In this document: in pieces, positions 53,624-63,659 of the stretch
Numbering within the stretch: position 1 is the first letter of the stretch
Layout: every line of letters begins with the position of its first letter
DNA from: Pseudomonadota bacterium
GTDB taxonomy: Bacteria > Desulfobacterota > Desulfobacteria > Desulfobacterales > UBA11574
Length of the DNA: 64,000 bases
Direction of reading: 5' to 3'
NCBI GenBank assembly: GCA_043827325.1
Contig: JBDRPF010000037.1
Span: 8,887-72,886, forward strand
Notes under the pieces: model-generated
What the model was told of the DNA's origin: nothing
Database searches by the model: none
Seen by the model: the letters and a program-made list of their open reading frames with translations, nothing else
Made by a program: the position numbers and the translations under genes

Positions 53624-53921
53624 ATATCGAATCCGTTTTATCCGTCTTTGCCTGAATACGCTGCACAGGTCGGGTGAACTTGTTAACACACCACTTCTAG
53701 TGAAATAAGGGACTTTTATTAGCATGGATCCAAAAAAGATTGCAAAACAAATGATCTCTAACCCTTTCGATTGTTTGAGACCCGGGGCAGGGGAAACACC
53801 TACCGTTTCAGGAGATTTTCCTATAAAAAAATGTTTCATGGAAAATATTTGGATTAGCGGTTTGATCCAATTGCGGATTAATGTTAATATCCGGTTAGTC
53901 ACTTAGGCCTTAATTTTCTAC

Positions 53922-55106
53922 ATGGATTGGATGGTTTCCCTTGCCCTGGAGGACGCTCAGATGACTGGCCGATCGACCTATACAAAATTGAAAGAAAGAA
54001 TCAGAGACTTAGAGAAAGAATTGCCGATGCACAAACAGATGGAGGAGGAACTCAGGCGAAGCGAGGAGAAGTACAGATTGCTGGTGCAGAACCTCCCGAG
54101 CATTGTGTACAGAGGATATACAGACTGGTCCGTTGAGTTTTTTGACAGAAAAATCGAGTTGCTCACGGGTTATGACGCAGACGAATTCAATACCCAAAGA
54201 ATAAAATGGTCCGATATCATCATCAGAGAAGATATTGAAACCGCAAGGAAGTGTTTTCTCGAGGCCCTGAAGACGGACAAGTCGTATGTCAGGGAATACA
54301 GGATCAGGTCCAAGGCCGGAAACATTCACTGGATACAGGAAAGGGGCCAGATCATTTGCGACAGTGCGGGAGAGGTTGAATATGTGAGCGGTGTATTTTT
54401 TGATATCACTGACCGGAAGCGGACCGAAGAACATATTCGCAACCTTACCCGGCAAATGATGAAAACCCAGGAGAACGAACGCCGGCGCATCGCACGCGAC
54501 CTGCATGACAACGTGGCTCAAAATTTATCACTATTGAAAATTGGCTGGGATACCCTTTTTGATGAACTGCCGTCCATTCCGCTTCATATACGTCAAAAGG
54601 CCCACGATCTCTCAAAGATACTCCAGAAATCCATAACGGCGGTCCGGGATTTGGCCTATGATTTGCGCCCTCCCGGCCTGGACCAGCTCGGACTCGTCCG
54701 AACGGTGTATCAATACTGCGAGGAATTCTCAGAAAAAAATGGGGTACGAATTGACTTCTCTGCCGCCGGCCTGGATGATTTAAAAATTCCGTTTGACACG
54801 GAAATCAACTTGTACCGTCTGATTCAGGAAGCCCTGTGGAACGTTAAAAAGCATGCGGATGCCGGCCATGTCGCCATTCGGCTGGTTGCCTCGCATCCCG
54901 ATATTATCCTTCGCATAGAGGATGACGGAAAGGGATTCAATGTTAAAGAACGGCTTGTTGCAGCGTCCAATGAGAAACGGATGGGGCTGCGAAGCATGGA
55001 GGAAAGGGTCAGTCTGCTCGAGGGAAAAATACGGATTAAGTCGCGTCCGGAAAAAGGTACAAAAATCCTGGTGATCGTCCCGCACAGCAAAGAAAGCGAT
55101 CATTAA
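53922..55106 (+). CDS. cytoplasmic sensor histidine kinase (PAS + HisKA_3 + HATPase), paralog of 6728..8275
   Basis: 394 aa with the DLHDNVAQNLS H-box and DDGKGF. The kinase core is highly similar to that of 6728..8275. Confidence 0.85.
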   Translation: MDWMVSLALEDAQMTGRSTYTKLKERIRDLEKELPMHKQMEEELRRSEEKYRLLVQNLPSIVYRGYTDWSVEFFDRKIELLTGYDADEFNTQRIKWSDIIIREDIETARKCFLEALKTDKSYVREYRIRSKAGNIHWIQERGQIICDSAGEVEYVSGVFFDITDRKRTEEHIRNLTRQMMKTQENERRRIARDLHDNVAQNLSLLKIGWDTLFDELPSIPLHIRQKAHDLSKILQKSITAVRDLAYDLRPPGLDQLGLVRTVYQYCEEFSEKNGVRIDFSAAGLDDLKIPFDTEINLYRLIQEALWNVKKHADAGHVAIRLVASHPDIILRIEDDGKGFNVKERLVAASNEKRMGLRSMEERVSLLEGKIRIKSRPEKGTKILVIVPHSKESDH

Positions 55107-55139
55107 CAGCACCTGTCAGCAGTATCACGGAGAAGCCCT

Positions 55140-55817
55140 ATGACCGCCAAGAAAAGCATACTGATTATTGATGACCACCCGCTGTTCAGGGAAGGGCTAA
55201 AAACGATTATCGGACGCGAATCCAGTTACGAGGTGGTCGGGGAGGCAGGGACGGGGAGGGAAGGTCTTCAGATGGCCAAAACGCTCAAACCGGATCTGAT
55301 TTTAATGGATTTGTCCTTGCCGGATCAAAGCGGCATTCAACTGACCCGCGAGATACGAAGCCTTTTCCCCGGAGTCCGCATCTTGATTGTCAGTATGCAT
55401 TCCAAAATTGATTATATTGCCGAGGCGTTCCAGGCAGGAGCAAAAGGGTATGTGGTAAAGGATTCAGCCTCTGAAAGGCTTTTGCAGGGTCTTGATTCTG
55501 TGACAAGCGGCGAATATTTCCTGGACAGCTCCGTATCTCATGCGGTTGTCGCGAATCTTCTGAGATTACCGCTGAAAGAGGCAAAAATTACGGATGCCGA
55601 TTACGGAAGCTTGACGCCCAGAGAACAAGAGGTGATGCGGTTTTTGGCGGAAGGGCTTTCGAGCAGAGCGGTTGCGGACAAACTTTTTATCAGTCCGAAG
55701 ACCGTTGAGAATCACCGCGCAAACATTATGAACAAGCTCGGGCTTCACAGCACCATGGAACTGGTTCGCTACGCCGCAAAGATCGGCTTAATAGACGTGG
55801 ATCTCTGGAAGGAATAG
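55140..55817 (+). CDS. NarL/FixJ-family response regulator (REC + LuxR-type HTH), paralog of 6082..6759
   Basis: 225 aa, the same length as its paralog and with the same C-terminal GLIDVDLWKE. Confidence 0.9.
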   Translation: MTAKKSILIIDDHPLFREGLKTIIGRESSYEVVGEAGTGREGLQMAKTLKPDLILMDLSLPDQSGIQLTREIRSLFPGVRILIVSMHSKIDYIAEAFQAGAKGYVVKDSASERLLQGLDSVTSGEYFLDSSVSHAVVANLLRLPLKEAKITDADYGSLTPREQEVMRFLAEGLSSRAVADKLFISPKTVENHRANIMNKLGLHSTMELVRYAAKIGLIDVDLWKE

Positions 55818-56043
55818 CCCCGAATTTATTTAGTCCTCCATTTGATCGTGTAAATCATGGCCTTGACCTTCTCGTCGCGAGATATTCCGTCCGGGACAGC
55901 TTCCCGCCTTATGGGGACATCCCCCACTAAAATGAAGCCTTTTCTCTATGGACAACGATACTGCCGATCTGATAATCACATCTTAAAATTAGACAGTTAA
56001 GTTCAAATTTGACACTTCGTCCGCATTAAACAGAGGAGGAATT

Positions 56044-56253
56044 ATGATTTCTTCTCCATGCAAAAATTGCTCCAGGAGAAACATGCCAAAAGAGACCTGT
56101 GCAAGGGATTGCCAGGTGCTTCAAGCGGTGCAGGATATTCAGGCGGCATCCGGAAAGAACAGCTTTTTAAGTGGAATAGACTGCACCGAAGAGAGCAGAT
56201 ACGCCGTATCGTTTCCGCTCACGCGAACTTTTGACACGGTCTGGACGGCATGA
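56044..56253 (+). CDS. hypothetical small Cys-rich protein (CKNC...C...C N-terminus)
   Basis: 69 aa. GAGGAGG lies 7 nt upstream of the ATG. No recognisable family. Confidence 0.4.
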   Translation: MISSPCKNCSRRNMPKETCARDCQVLQAVQDIQAASGKNSFLSGIDCTEESRYAVSFPLTRTFDTVWTA

Positions 56254-56340
56254 TCCGACAGAGCCATCTGATGGGAATTGAACCCGTGAAATGCCCGGGT
56301 TGAAGATGCTGATTTCTTTGATATAATAGTTGAGGAGGCC

Positions 56341-56586
56341 GTGGTGGCAATAAAAGACAAAAGCGGGATCGATGCCGCCAAAAAGGACGAGCGCACCAAA
56401 AATGGAACAAAAATAGTGCCCGTCGGCATCGGGCCGGACGCTGAAAAAAAGAATTTTCTGGATGTCACGGCCCTCATTAGAAGTGTTCAACGCGCTGAAG
56501 GCCAGACGGACTGCTTTCGGAAAGGGATATCCGATTGCGATAAGGCTGAATGCACGTGGCGATCCTTTTGTCTTGAAACACATTAG
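56341..56586 (+). CDS. small Cys-rich protein (C-x7-C-x4-C-x5-C), paralog of 5487..5669
   Basis: 81 aa with a GTG start after GAGGAGG. It shares the DVTxLIRSVQRxEGxxDCFxK...CDxxxCxWRxxC block. Confidence 0.55.
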   Translation: MVAIKDKSGIDAAKKDERTKNGTKIVPVGIGPDAEKKNFLDVTALIRSVQRAEGQTDCFRKGISDCDKAECTWRSFCLETH

Positions 56587-56719
56587 AGGGAAAGGAGGTG
56601 GCAACCGAAAAACGGCTTTTTTCTTCACAGGTTCACGCCCCATCCTCATCCTGACCGCTTATGACCCCATTGTCTTTCTGACCTGTATTGCGACGCTTTC
56701 TGCAAATCCGTTCCAGACC

Positions 56720-57541
56720 CTATGCGTTGCCGTAGAGCTCCGGACGTCTGTTGGGAAGGAAGTACCGCATCCTGTGATTTCGAACGTTGTCTAAATCCTC
56801 GGCCTTAAGGTCTGAAACCATCATTCCTTCCTTATCACTTAACATATTGCCAATGACTTCGCCGGATGGCCCGATGAGCACTGCAACACCCGGGAAATGG
56901 AGGCCTTTGTCATTTTCTCCGGTCTGGTTGCATGCGACGACGAAAAGACCGTTGTCATAGGCCCGAGCAGGCAGGTGGCGCATCCACGACCTGTATTTCT
57001 CTTCAGGCGTTCCTCTCGGTGATGCGTGCGGCATGAAAATAATGTCGGCACCCTTCATGGCCATACGGGTGGTAAGTTCCGGAAAATGAGCGTCATAACA
57101 GAGCTGAATTCCAAATTTCAATCCGCACGCTTCAAACAGGGGAATTCTGTCGCCGGGTTTGAATACAGAACGTTCGGGCGGAGAGATGTGGATTTTCCGG
57201 TATACCCCGATGCCTCCATCAGGTTTTATTATCAGGTGACTTGCAAACAGACTGCCGGTCTCATCTTTTTTGACTTTTTCGGCAACCCCGGCAAGAATGA
57301 CCATGTTTTCAGATTTGGCCAGCCGTGACAGGTCCCGGGTTATGGGGCCAGGAACCTGCAGGGCGGCCGTTCTTATATCCTCACCCGTAGTGTACCCGGT
57401 CACATTCAATTCCGGGAAACAGATAATCGCCGCCCCTTCCTTTTTGGCCTCCTTAATCCATCGGGCCATACGTTCCAGGTTGCCGGCGGTGTTATCCACT
57501 TGCGAATTGAAGACGGCGACGGCGATGCGGATATCTTTCAT
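56720..57541 (-). CDS. carbon-nitrogen hydrolase (nitrilase superfamily) protein
   Basis: 273 aa with E (FPELNVTGY), K (YRKIH) and C (QLCYDAHFPE) catalytic-triad contexts. Confidence 0.8.
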   Translation of the reverse strand: MKDIRIAVAVFNSQVDNTAGNLERMARWIKEAKKEGAAIICFPELNVTGYTTGEDIRTAALQVPGPITRDLSRLAKSENMVILAGVAEKVKKDETGSLFASHLIIKPDGGIGVYRKIHISPPERSVFKPGDRIPLFEACGLKFGIQLCYDAHFPELTTRMAMKGADIIFMPHASPRGTPEEKYRSWMRHLPARAYDNGLFVVACNQTGENDKGLHFPGVAVLIGPSGEVIGNMLSDKEGMMVSDLKAEDLDNVRNHRMRYFLPNRRPELYGNA

Positions 57542-57551
57542 TTCATAAGAC

Positions 57552-58007
57552 CTAAAGTGTAAAGTGCGCCTTTATCTTATACACCTTCGTGGCAGGAAGG
57601 TTGATAATTTCATTTATTTGAGTTTCCCTGGATATATTTTTAAGGTTTTCCTCTATCTCTTCCATGGAGGGAGCGATAAACGTAAACCACACATTGAATT
57701 CGTTATCCCGCTGGTAGTTGTGTGTTACTCCGGGATAGCGGTTTACGGTACGCGCAAAATGGTCGATTTTGTTTTCCGGTACCTTTGCTGCGCATAGCGT
57801 GCTGACAAATCCCAGTTTTTCAGGAACAAAATTTCCACCGACCCGACGAATGATGCCCGTTTTTTTCAAACGGCCAAGGCGCTTTAGGACGTCAATTTCA
57901 GACAGTCCGAGGCTTTCCGCAATTGAAAGATAAGGGCGAGGCGTTATGGGGAAGTCGGATTGTATGCGGTTTAGAATCGTCCGGTCGATGTCGTCTATTT
58001 TTGACAT
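57552..58007 (-). CDS. Lrp/AsnC-like siroheme decarboxylase subunit (AhbA/AhbB, NirD/L-like)
   Basis: Start at the ATG at 58007 (MSKIDDIDRTILNRIQSDFPITPRPY), which has AAGGAGA upstream. GVTHNYQRDNEFNVWFT is typical of AhbA/B and NirDLGH proteins. Confidence 0.65.
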   Translation of the reverse strand: MSKIDDIDRTILNRIQSDFPITPRPYLSIAESLGLSEIDVLKRLGRLKKTGIIRRVGGNFVPEKLGFVSTLCAAKVPENKIDHFARTVNRYPGVTHNYQRDNEFNVWFTFIAPSMEEIEENLKNISRETQINEIINLPATKVYKIKAHFTL

Positions 58008-58160
58008 GGGGGTCTCCTTATCCTGATTTACCCGCATTGGGAAAATTATGGCGCGTTCCGAGCATTATTTATAAATCGAACGTGCAGCTTACGGGTTCTG
58101 GGACCGTCAAACTCACAGAAAAATATCCCCTTTAATAATCATAACGCCTCGCAACGATAT

Positions 58161-58195
58161 AAAAAAAGGCCCTGCGTTTGATGCAGAGCCTTTTT
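58161..58195 (-). terminator. Rho-independent terminator after dsrC (GGCTCTGC-atcaaac-GCAGGGCC-TTTTTTT on the minus strand)
   Basis: GC stem plus T7. Confidence 0.75.
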
Positions 58196-58229
58196 ACAAG
58201 TTGGGTGAAACCGATCACGATATTTTTAA

Positions 58230-58547
58230 CTATACACATCCTGTCGGTTTCGGAAGACCAGCCATTTTACATGCTCCCTTTCCGGGTCCTGAAGGGAAGA
58301 GTTCATAAATGTGTTTCAGTTTGAAACCGGTAACCTTTGACAGAATACGAACCATCGGCGCAATTCCGTTTTTTCTGTAATAGTCCTGAAGCACCTCGAT
58401 AACCTTCCGGTGCTCATCGTTGAGCTCCTCAATACCTTCCTGGTTTTTTACCCACTGGACCCACTCCTCGCACCAGCCATCAAAGCTTTCGATAAAGCCG
58501 TCTTCATCTATCGTAAATGTTTTTCCCATAAAATCAACCGTTGCCAT
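58230..58547 (-). CDS. dsrC: DsrC (TusE/DsrC family) with both conserved C-terminal cysteines
   Basis: 105 aa ending GACKMAGLPKPTGCV, the canonical DsrC C-terminal arm. Confidence 0.85.
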   Translation of the reverse strand: MATVDFMGKTFTIDEDGFIESFDGWCEEWVQWVKNQEGIEELNDEHRKVIEVLQDYYRKNGIAPMVRILSKVTGFKLKHIYELFPSGPGKGACKMAGLPKPTGCV

Positions 58548-58774
58548 TTAAAAAACCTCCTTCTCTCTTTATGTATTTATCTTAATGACCTTTGGCGATC
58601 TGTGGCCTGTCGATCAACCTGTACACTTTGAAGAGTTTAAACTATATTATTGAATCGTCAATGTCAATATCAAAAAGGCACTTATATGCCGAGCAGGAAA
58701 AATTTGTTAAATTAATTAGAGGATTCGGTAAAATTTATTAAAATAACAGATGGATACAATTTAGTTTAAAAGGC

Positions 58775-60745
58775 CTATTTTGCCTCAATATCGACGATAT
58801 CAACACGATTTTCAACGCCCAGAACACCGAGACGCGCATTTACGGATTCCACCCTGTTGAGAAGTCTTTCCATCCCCCGATCAAATGTGCATTCATGGTC
58901 TTTTCGCACATGAACGACCAGTTTGGATGCGCCGAATCTGAAAGCGTTGAGCATGTCCAGGTCGGAGAGCCGCCCCAGGCAGTCCATGTAAACCGTATCT
59001 TTTGATTCGAGCATTTTTCTCGAGGTCACGTTTCGGATGCAGGCGAATCGGACCATGCCGTCACCGGACTTCTTGAGGACGGCCTGTATTTCCTCCGCGA
59101 GTCGGCCTTCGGGGAACCGGCCGACATTAATCACCGCACCGGGGCACTCGACAGCGCACATGCCGCAGGCCACACAGAACGCTTCAGGAAAAGATACCCT
59201 TCGTCCTCTGAACTCCGGAACGCCGAAGGGGCAGACCCGCAGGCAGGTGAGACACGCGGAACAATAGCGGTCCGGAATAAGTCCGGCACCCAGGCCGCAG
59301 TTCATGCATCTCCTTGATTCAATCATCGCCTGCTCCTCGGTGTATGCCTTCTCGTAATCCATGAATCCCTTGATCCTTTCCCTGGGAGGCATCAGGATTA
59401 TAGGCTGACGATCCTCTTTGGAAATCCTGTTTGCATGGGCATCATCGAGTCTTCCCACCACTTTCCCTTCTTTTTTCTGCAGCGGTTCCACCTTGCCGGT
59501 CTTGAGGTAGTTGTTTACAATCCGTGCGGCCTTCTGACCGTGAGCCACCGCCTGGATGGCAGATCCGGGACCGCTTGCCACCTCGCCGCAGGCAAATAGC
59601 CCGCTGACGCTCGTTGCCAGGGTGTTGGGGTCTACGATAAGCCTGAACCCCTGAGTATCGATGTCGGTACCCTCGGTCCAGCTCAGATCGGATCGTTGGC
59701 CGATGGCGAGTATGATGGTATCTCCTTCCAGACGGGTGATCCGATCATCGAAAAATGTGGGAGAGAACCGACCGTTTTCATCGAATACACTCTCCACCGC
59801 CTTGCAGGTGAGCCCGCAAACATCACCGTCTTCCAATTCCACGCACTCGGGGCCCCAGGAAGGATTTATATCGATACCTTCCTCAACAGCCTCTTCAATT
59901 TCCCACGGCGAGGCAGGAATAATATCCATGGACTCCAGGCAGACCATGGTTACTTTCTCGGCACCAAGTCTCTTGGCCGACCGGGCGACGTCAATCGCCA
60001 CGTTGCCGCCGCCGACGACGATGACATTTTTACCGATTTCAGGTGCATCACCCCTGGCAAGCGCTCTTAAAAACGGCAGGGCGAGTAGCACGTTTCCGGC
60101 GTCCATTCCGGGGAGGGGAAGGGTGTGGCTGTCCTGAAGCCCGATAGCAACAATGACAGCGTCGAAGCCGGTTTTTTGGAGATCGTCTATGGTGAAGTCT
60201 TTACCGAGGCACTTTCCCGTGTGCAGTTTAATCGGCAGGCCGAAAATGGCGTCGATGTCCTCCTGAAGGGCCTCTCTGGGAAGACGGTAACGCGGAATTG
60301 CGTTCATCATCATTCCACCCGCTTTTTCCTCCCGATCGAACACCTCTACCGTGTGCCCTCTCAGGGCCAGGTCGCGCGCCGCGGTGAGTCCCGAAGGGCC
60401 CGCTCCGACGATGGCGACCCGCTTCCCGCTCTCTCCCGGCGGCAGATCGGGAACAGATCGGTGGGTCTTTCGGTATTCTCTCATCGTTTCATAGACAAAC
60501 CGCTTGAGCGCCCTTGCCGAAAGCGCTTCATCCACGTCTTTTCTGCGGCAGTTGTCCTCGCATGCGTGGGGGCAGATTCGGCCGCACGCCGAACCAAAAG
60601 GGTTCACCGTCCGGATAATCTCAAAGGCATCCTCATACCTGCCTTCGGAGATTGCGGCAATATATCCCCGAACATCTGTGCCCGCGGGACAGGCATCAGA
60701 ACACGGCGGCCGGAACTCATTGTTTTTTTTGGAATGATCGGGCAT
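58775..60745 (-). CDS. GltD-like NAD(P)H:acceptor oxidoreductase fused to 2x[4Fe-4S] ferredoxin and an MvhD/FlpD-like domain
   Basis: 656 aa with N-terminal Cys clusters as in glutamate synthase small subunit, GAGPSGL and GGGNVAID dinucleotide folds, CxxCxxCxxxCP motifs, and a C-terminal CIRN...DCLGR region similar to MvhD. Confidence 0.7.
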   Translation of the reverse strand: MPDHSKKNNEFRPPCSDACPAGTDVRGYIAAISEGRYEDAFEIIRTVNPFGSACGRICPHACEDNCRRKDVDEALSARALKRFVYETMREYRKTHRSVPDLPPGESGKRVAIVGAGPSGLTAARDLALRGHTVEVFDREEKAGGMMMNAIPRYRLPREALQEDIDAIFGLPIKLHTGKCLGKDFTIDDLQKTGFDAVIVAIGLQDSHTLPLPGMDAGNVLLALPFLRALARGDAPEIGKNVIVVGGGNVAIDVARSAKRLGAEKVTMVCLESMDIIPASPWEIEEAVEEGIDINPSWGPECVELEDGDVCGLTCKAVESVFDENGRFSPTFFDDRITRLEGDTIILAIGQRSDLSWTEGTDIDTQGFRLIVDPNTLATSVSGLFACGEVASGPGSAIQAVAHGQKAARIVNNYLKTGKVEPLQKKEGKVVGRLDDAHANRISKEDRQPIILMPPRERIKGFMDYEKAYTEEQAMIESRRCMNCGLGAGLIPDRYCSACLTCLRVCPFGVPEFRGRRVSFPEAFCVACGMCAVECPGAVINVGRFPEGRLAEEIQAVLKKSGDGMVRFACIRNVTSRKMLESKDTVYMDCLGRLSDLDMLNAFRFGASKLVVHVRKDHECTFDRGMERLLNRVESVNARLGVLGVENRVDIVDIEAK

Positions 60746-61001
60746 TTTTTTATATTCTCCTTGGCATGTTTTTCGAAAATCGCCGGAAACAGGCGGCGAT
60801 CCGGGAAATAATATTCTTTATCCTTGATGCTGCCGATCCGACAGCCCCATTCAAAATATCAGCAATATGTATAAACAGAGGGCTTGTCAACTCAAAACCT
60901 CAACGTTTCACAATATCGACGCGGGTTCACTTCAAGAGGTTGATCCGCTCGAGTTTATTGAAATTAATTGATAATTGGATCGTTCCGATGTATGAGTTCA
61001 A

Positions 61002-61952
61002 TTGATGTGTTCTAATGCTTTAAAACAAAACGTCGTTGTCATCTGCGGACCAACCGCAATGGGGAAAACCACGGTCGCGATCAATCTCGCCGGGAGTTTC
61101 AATGCCGAAATCGTGGGTGCCGATTCCATGCAGGTCTATCGACACATGGATATCGGTACGGCCAAGCCGACCCCTGACGAACGGGCTGCCGTTTCCCATC
61201 ATATGATTGATATCATCGAACCGGACGAACCCTTGGATGCCAGGCAGTATGCCGAAATGGCACGAGAAAAGATTGCCTCGCTCCATGCCCGGTGTATCAC
61301 GCCTTTTGTTGTGGGCGGCACCGGTTTCTACATCAAAGCACTGCTCCACGGCCTGTTCGAGGATGCGCCGTCGGATCCCGATATCCGAATGCGTTTAAAG
61401 CAGGAGGCAAAAGACCATGGCAGCGCACTTCTTCACGGCCGTCTGGGAAAATGCGACCCCGGAACGGCCGAAAGATTGCACCCCAACGACACCTACAGGA
61501 TTGTCAGGGCTCTGGAGGTGTATGAATTGACCGGAAAGCCGATTTCCGCGTATCATAGCAAACACGGCTTTTCGGAAAAGCCGTTTAATGTCTTGAAAAT
61601 CGGCCTCTGTCTAAACCGCGATTTGATTTACGATCGTATTAACCGGAGGGTCGATTCGATGATCGCGGCCGGTTTTCTCGACGAGGTTAAGGGGTTGCTT
61701 GACATGGGGTTTACGGCCGATCTCAAATCCATGCAATCCATCGGCTACCGACACATGGTCGGTTTTATCAACGGTCGCTTTTCCAGGGATGAGATGCTGC
61801 GGACATTGAAGCGGGATACGAGAAGATATGCAAAGCGCCAGCTGACATGGTTTAGGGCGGACCCCGAAATACGATGGTCGCAACCGGATCGGCTGGAGGA
61901 AATCCGCCGTGCCGTAAAAAAGTTCTTGCAGCCCGAGGCCGGCAGCCGATAA
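61002..61952 (+). CDS. miaA: tRNA dimethylallyltransferase
   Basis: 316 aa with GPTAMGKT P-loop, DSMQVYRHMDIGTAKP and RQLTWFR. Confidence 0.9.
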   Translation: MMCSNALKQNVVVICGPTAMGKTTVAINLAGSFNAEIVGADSMQVYRHMDIGTAKPTPDERAAVSHHMIDIIEPDEPLDARQYAEMAREKIASLHARCITPFVVGGTGFYIKALLHGLFEDAPSDPDIRMRLKQEAKDHGSALLHGRLGKCDPGTAERLHPNDTYRIVRALEVYELTGKPISAYHSKHGFSEKPFNVLKIGLCLNRDLIYDRINRRVDSMIAAGFLDEVKGLLDMGFTADLKSMQSIGYRHMVGFINGRFSRDEMLRTLKRDTRRYAKRQLTWFRADPEIRWSQPDRLEEIRRAVKKFLQPEAGSR

Positions 61953-62006
61953 CAATGTTTCATACAAAATATTCAAGCCAACGCCATCAGGGTGAGAAAT
62001 ACAATG

Positions 62007-63659
62007 AAAATAGCGATCGCACAGATTAACCCGGTCATCGGCGACTTTGAACACAATTTTAACCGGATGAAGCATTTTGCAGATAGGGCCGTCGATTCTT
62101 CGTGCGATTTGATTGTCTTTTCGGAACTTGCCGTGTCCGGTTATCCGCCTCTCGATTTACTTGAAAAAACGGATTTTATCGATGCAAACCTCGCCTGTTT
62201 AAGCAGACTGATGGCGTCGATCCGGGGCATCGGGGTCGTGTGCGGGTTTATAGATACAAATCCCGCAGACAGGGGAAAACCCCTGTTCAATTCCGCTGTG
62301 CTTTTCGAAAACGGTCAAATACTTCACAAGGTCCATAAGCGGCTTCTCCCAACATACGACGTGTTCGATGAGAGACGATATTTCGAACCCGGGGCGGAAA
62401 GCGCGTCCTATCCATACAAAGGGCGCAGGATCGGTCTCACGGTTTGCGAAGATGCCTGGAACGATGCGGACATCTTCAAGAGGAGGGCCTACCCTATAGA
62501 TCCCGTAGCCCTGGTTGTAGAAGACGGTGCGGATATTGTCATCAATATATCGGCGTCCCCGTTTCGCGTCGGGAACAGAGAATTCAGGTGGCACATGTAC
62601 GGATCCATGGCCCGGAAATACGGCATCCCTTTTATTTTTGCCAATCAGGTCGGCGGTAACGACAGCGTGCTTTACGATGGGTTAAGCACTGTTTTTGATA
62701 CAAAGGGAAAAATAACAATCAGGGCTCGTGATTTTGCGGAAGACCTTGTGATCTTTGATACGGAAGCATCTTCGTCCGAATCGTATAAGGATCAGCTCCG
62801 TGCCGTCTCAAAATCGGATATAGAATCTATCCTGAACGCTCTCGTCATGGGGACACGCGACTATGTGACCAAATGCGGCTTTTCAACGGTTGTCTTCGGA
62901 TTGAGCGGAGGCATAGATTCTGCGGTGACGGCATGTATCGCCGTTCGGGCCCTGGGTCGGGAAAATGTTACGGCTGTATTTATGCCGTCCCGATATACGT
63001 CTGCCGATAACGTTGAGGATACGAGAAGACTTGCCGAAAATATCGGGATAGAAATAAAAACGATTCCCGTCGACGGCATTTTTGACGAATTTTTAACGTA
63101 TCTCTCCCCCTCTTTTGATAATAAAAATCCGGGAATCACCGAGCAGAACATTCAGGCGAGAATACGCGGCAGTATTCTCATGGGGCTGTCCAACAGGCAC
63201 GGCAGCCTCGTTCTTTCCACGGGAAACAAATCCGAACTCGCTGTCGGATACTGTACGCTGTATGGTGACATGAACGGTGGATTGGCCGTAATATCAGACG
63301 TTCCGAAAACCATGGTCTATGAACTCGCCCGGTTCATAAACACGGAAAAAGAGGTTATTCCACAGCGGATCATGGAAAAGGCCCCCTCGGCGGAACTCAA
63401 ACCGGATCAGACGGACCAGGATGACTTGCCGCCGTATGAAATTCTTGACCAAATATTGAAAGGATACATCGAAGACCTCAAAAGTGTGGACGATCTGGTC
63501 AAGATGGGGTTCGACAGACACCTGGTGAAGGATGTCGTATCGAGGATTCATCGGAATGAATACAAACGATACCAGGCGGCCCCCGGTCTTAAAGTGACGT
63601 CAAAAGCATTCGGGTTCGGAAGAATATATCCGCTTGCGCAAAGGTATACACCCGTTTAG
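62007..63659 (+). CDS. nadE: glutamine-dependent NAD+ synthetase (C-N hydrolase + NAD synthase domains)
   Basis: MKIAIAQINPVIGDF N-terminus, SGGIDS PP-loop and GNKSELAVGYCTLYGDM. An alternative GTG start lies at 61992. Confidence 0.9.
   Translation, partial: KIAIAQINPVIGDFEHNFNRMKHFADRAVDSSCDLIVFSELAVSGYPPLDLLEKTDFIDANLACLSRLMASIRGIGVVCGFIDTNPADRGKPLFNSAVLFENGQILHKVHKRLLPTYDVFDERRYFEPGAESASYPYKGRRIGLTVCEDAWNDADIFKRRAYPIDPVALVVEDGADIVINISASPFRVGNREFRWHMYGSMARKYGIPFIFANQVGGNDSVLYDGLSTVFDTKGKITIRARDFAEDLVIFDTEASSSESYKDQLRAVSKSDIESILNALVMGTRDYVTKCGFSTVVFGLSGGIDSAVTACIAVRALGRENVTAVFMPSRYTSADNVEDTRRLAENIGIEIKTIPVDGIFDEFLTYLSPSFDNKNPGITEQNIQARIRGSILMGLSNRHGSLVLSTGNKSELAVGYCTLYGDMNGGLAVISDVPKTMVYELARFINTEKEVIPQRIMEKAPSAELKPDQTDQDDLPPYEILDQILKGYIEDLKSVDDLVKMGFDRHLVKDVVSRIHRNEYKRYQAAPGLKVTSKAFGFGRIYPLAQRYTPV

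Noticed and set aside
52280-53902. N-terminally extended ORF versions (also 8502..9353, 9203..9796, 19715..21406, 21342..23555, 48757..49638, 4895..5257 and 57552..58037)
   Set aside because: Internal ATG codons with good Shine-Dalgarno sequences coincide with the conserved family N-termini. The upstream extensions overlap neighbouring genes or regulatory elements, so I trimmed the starts.
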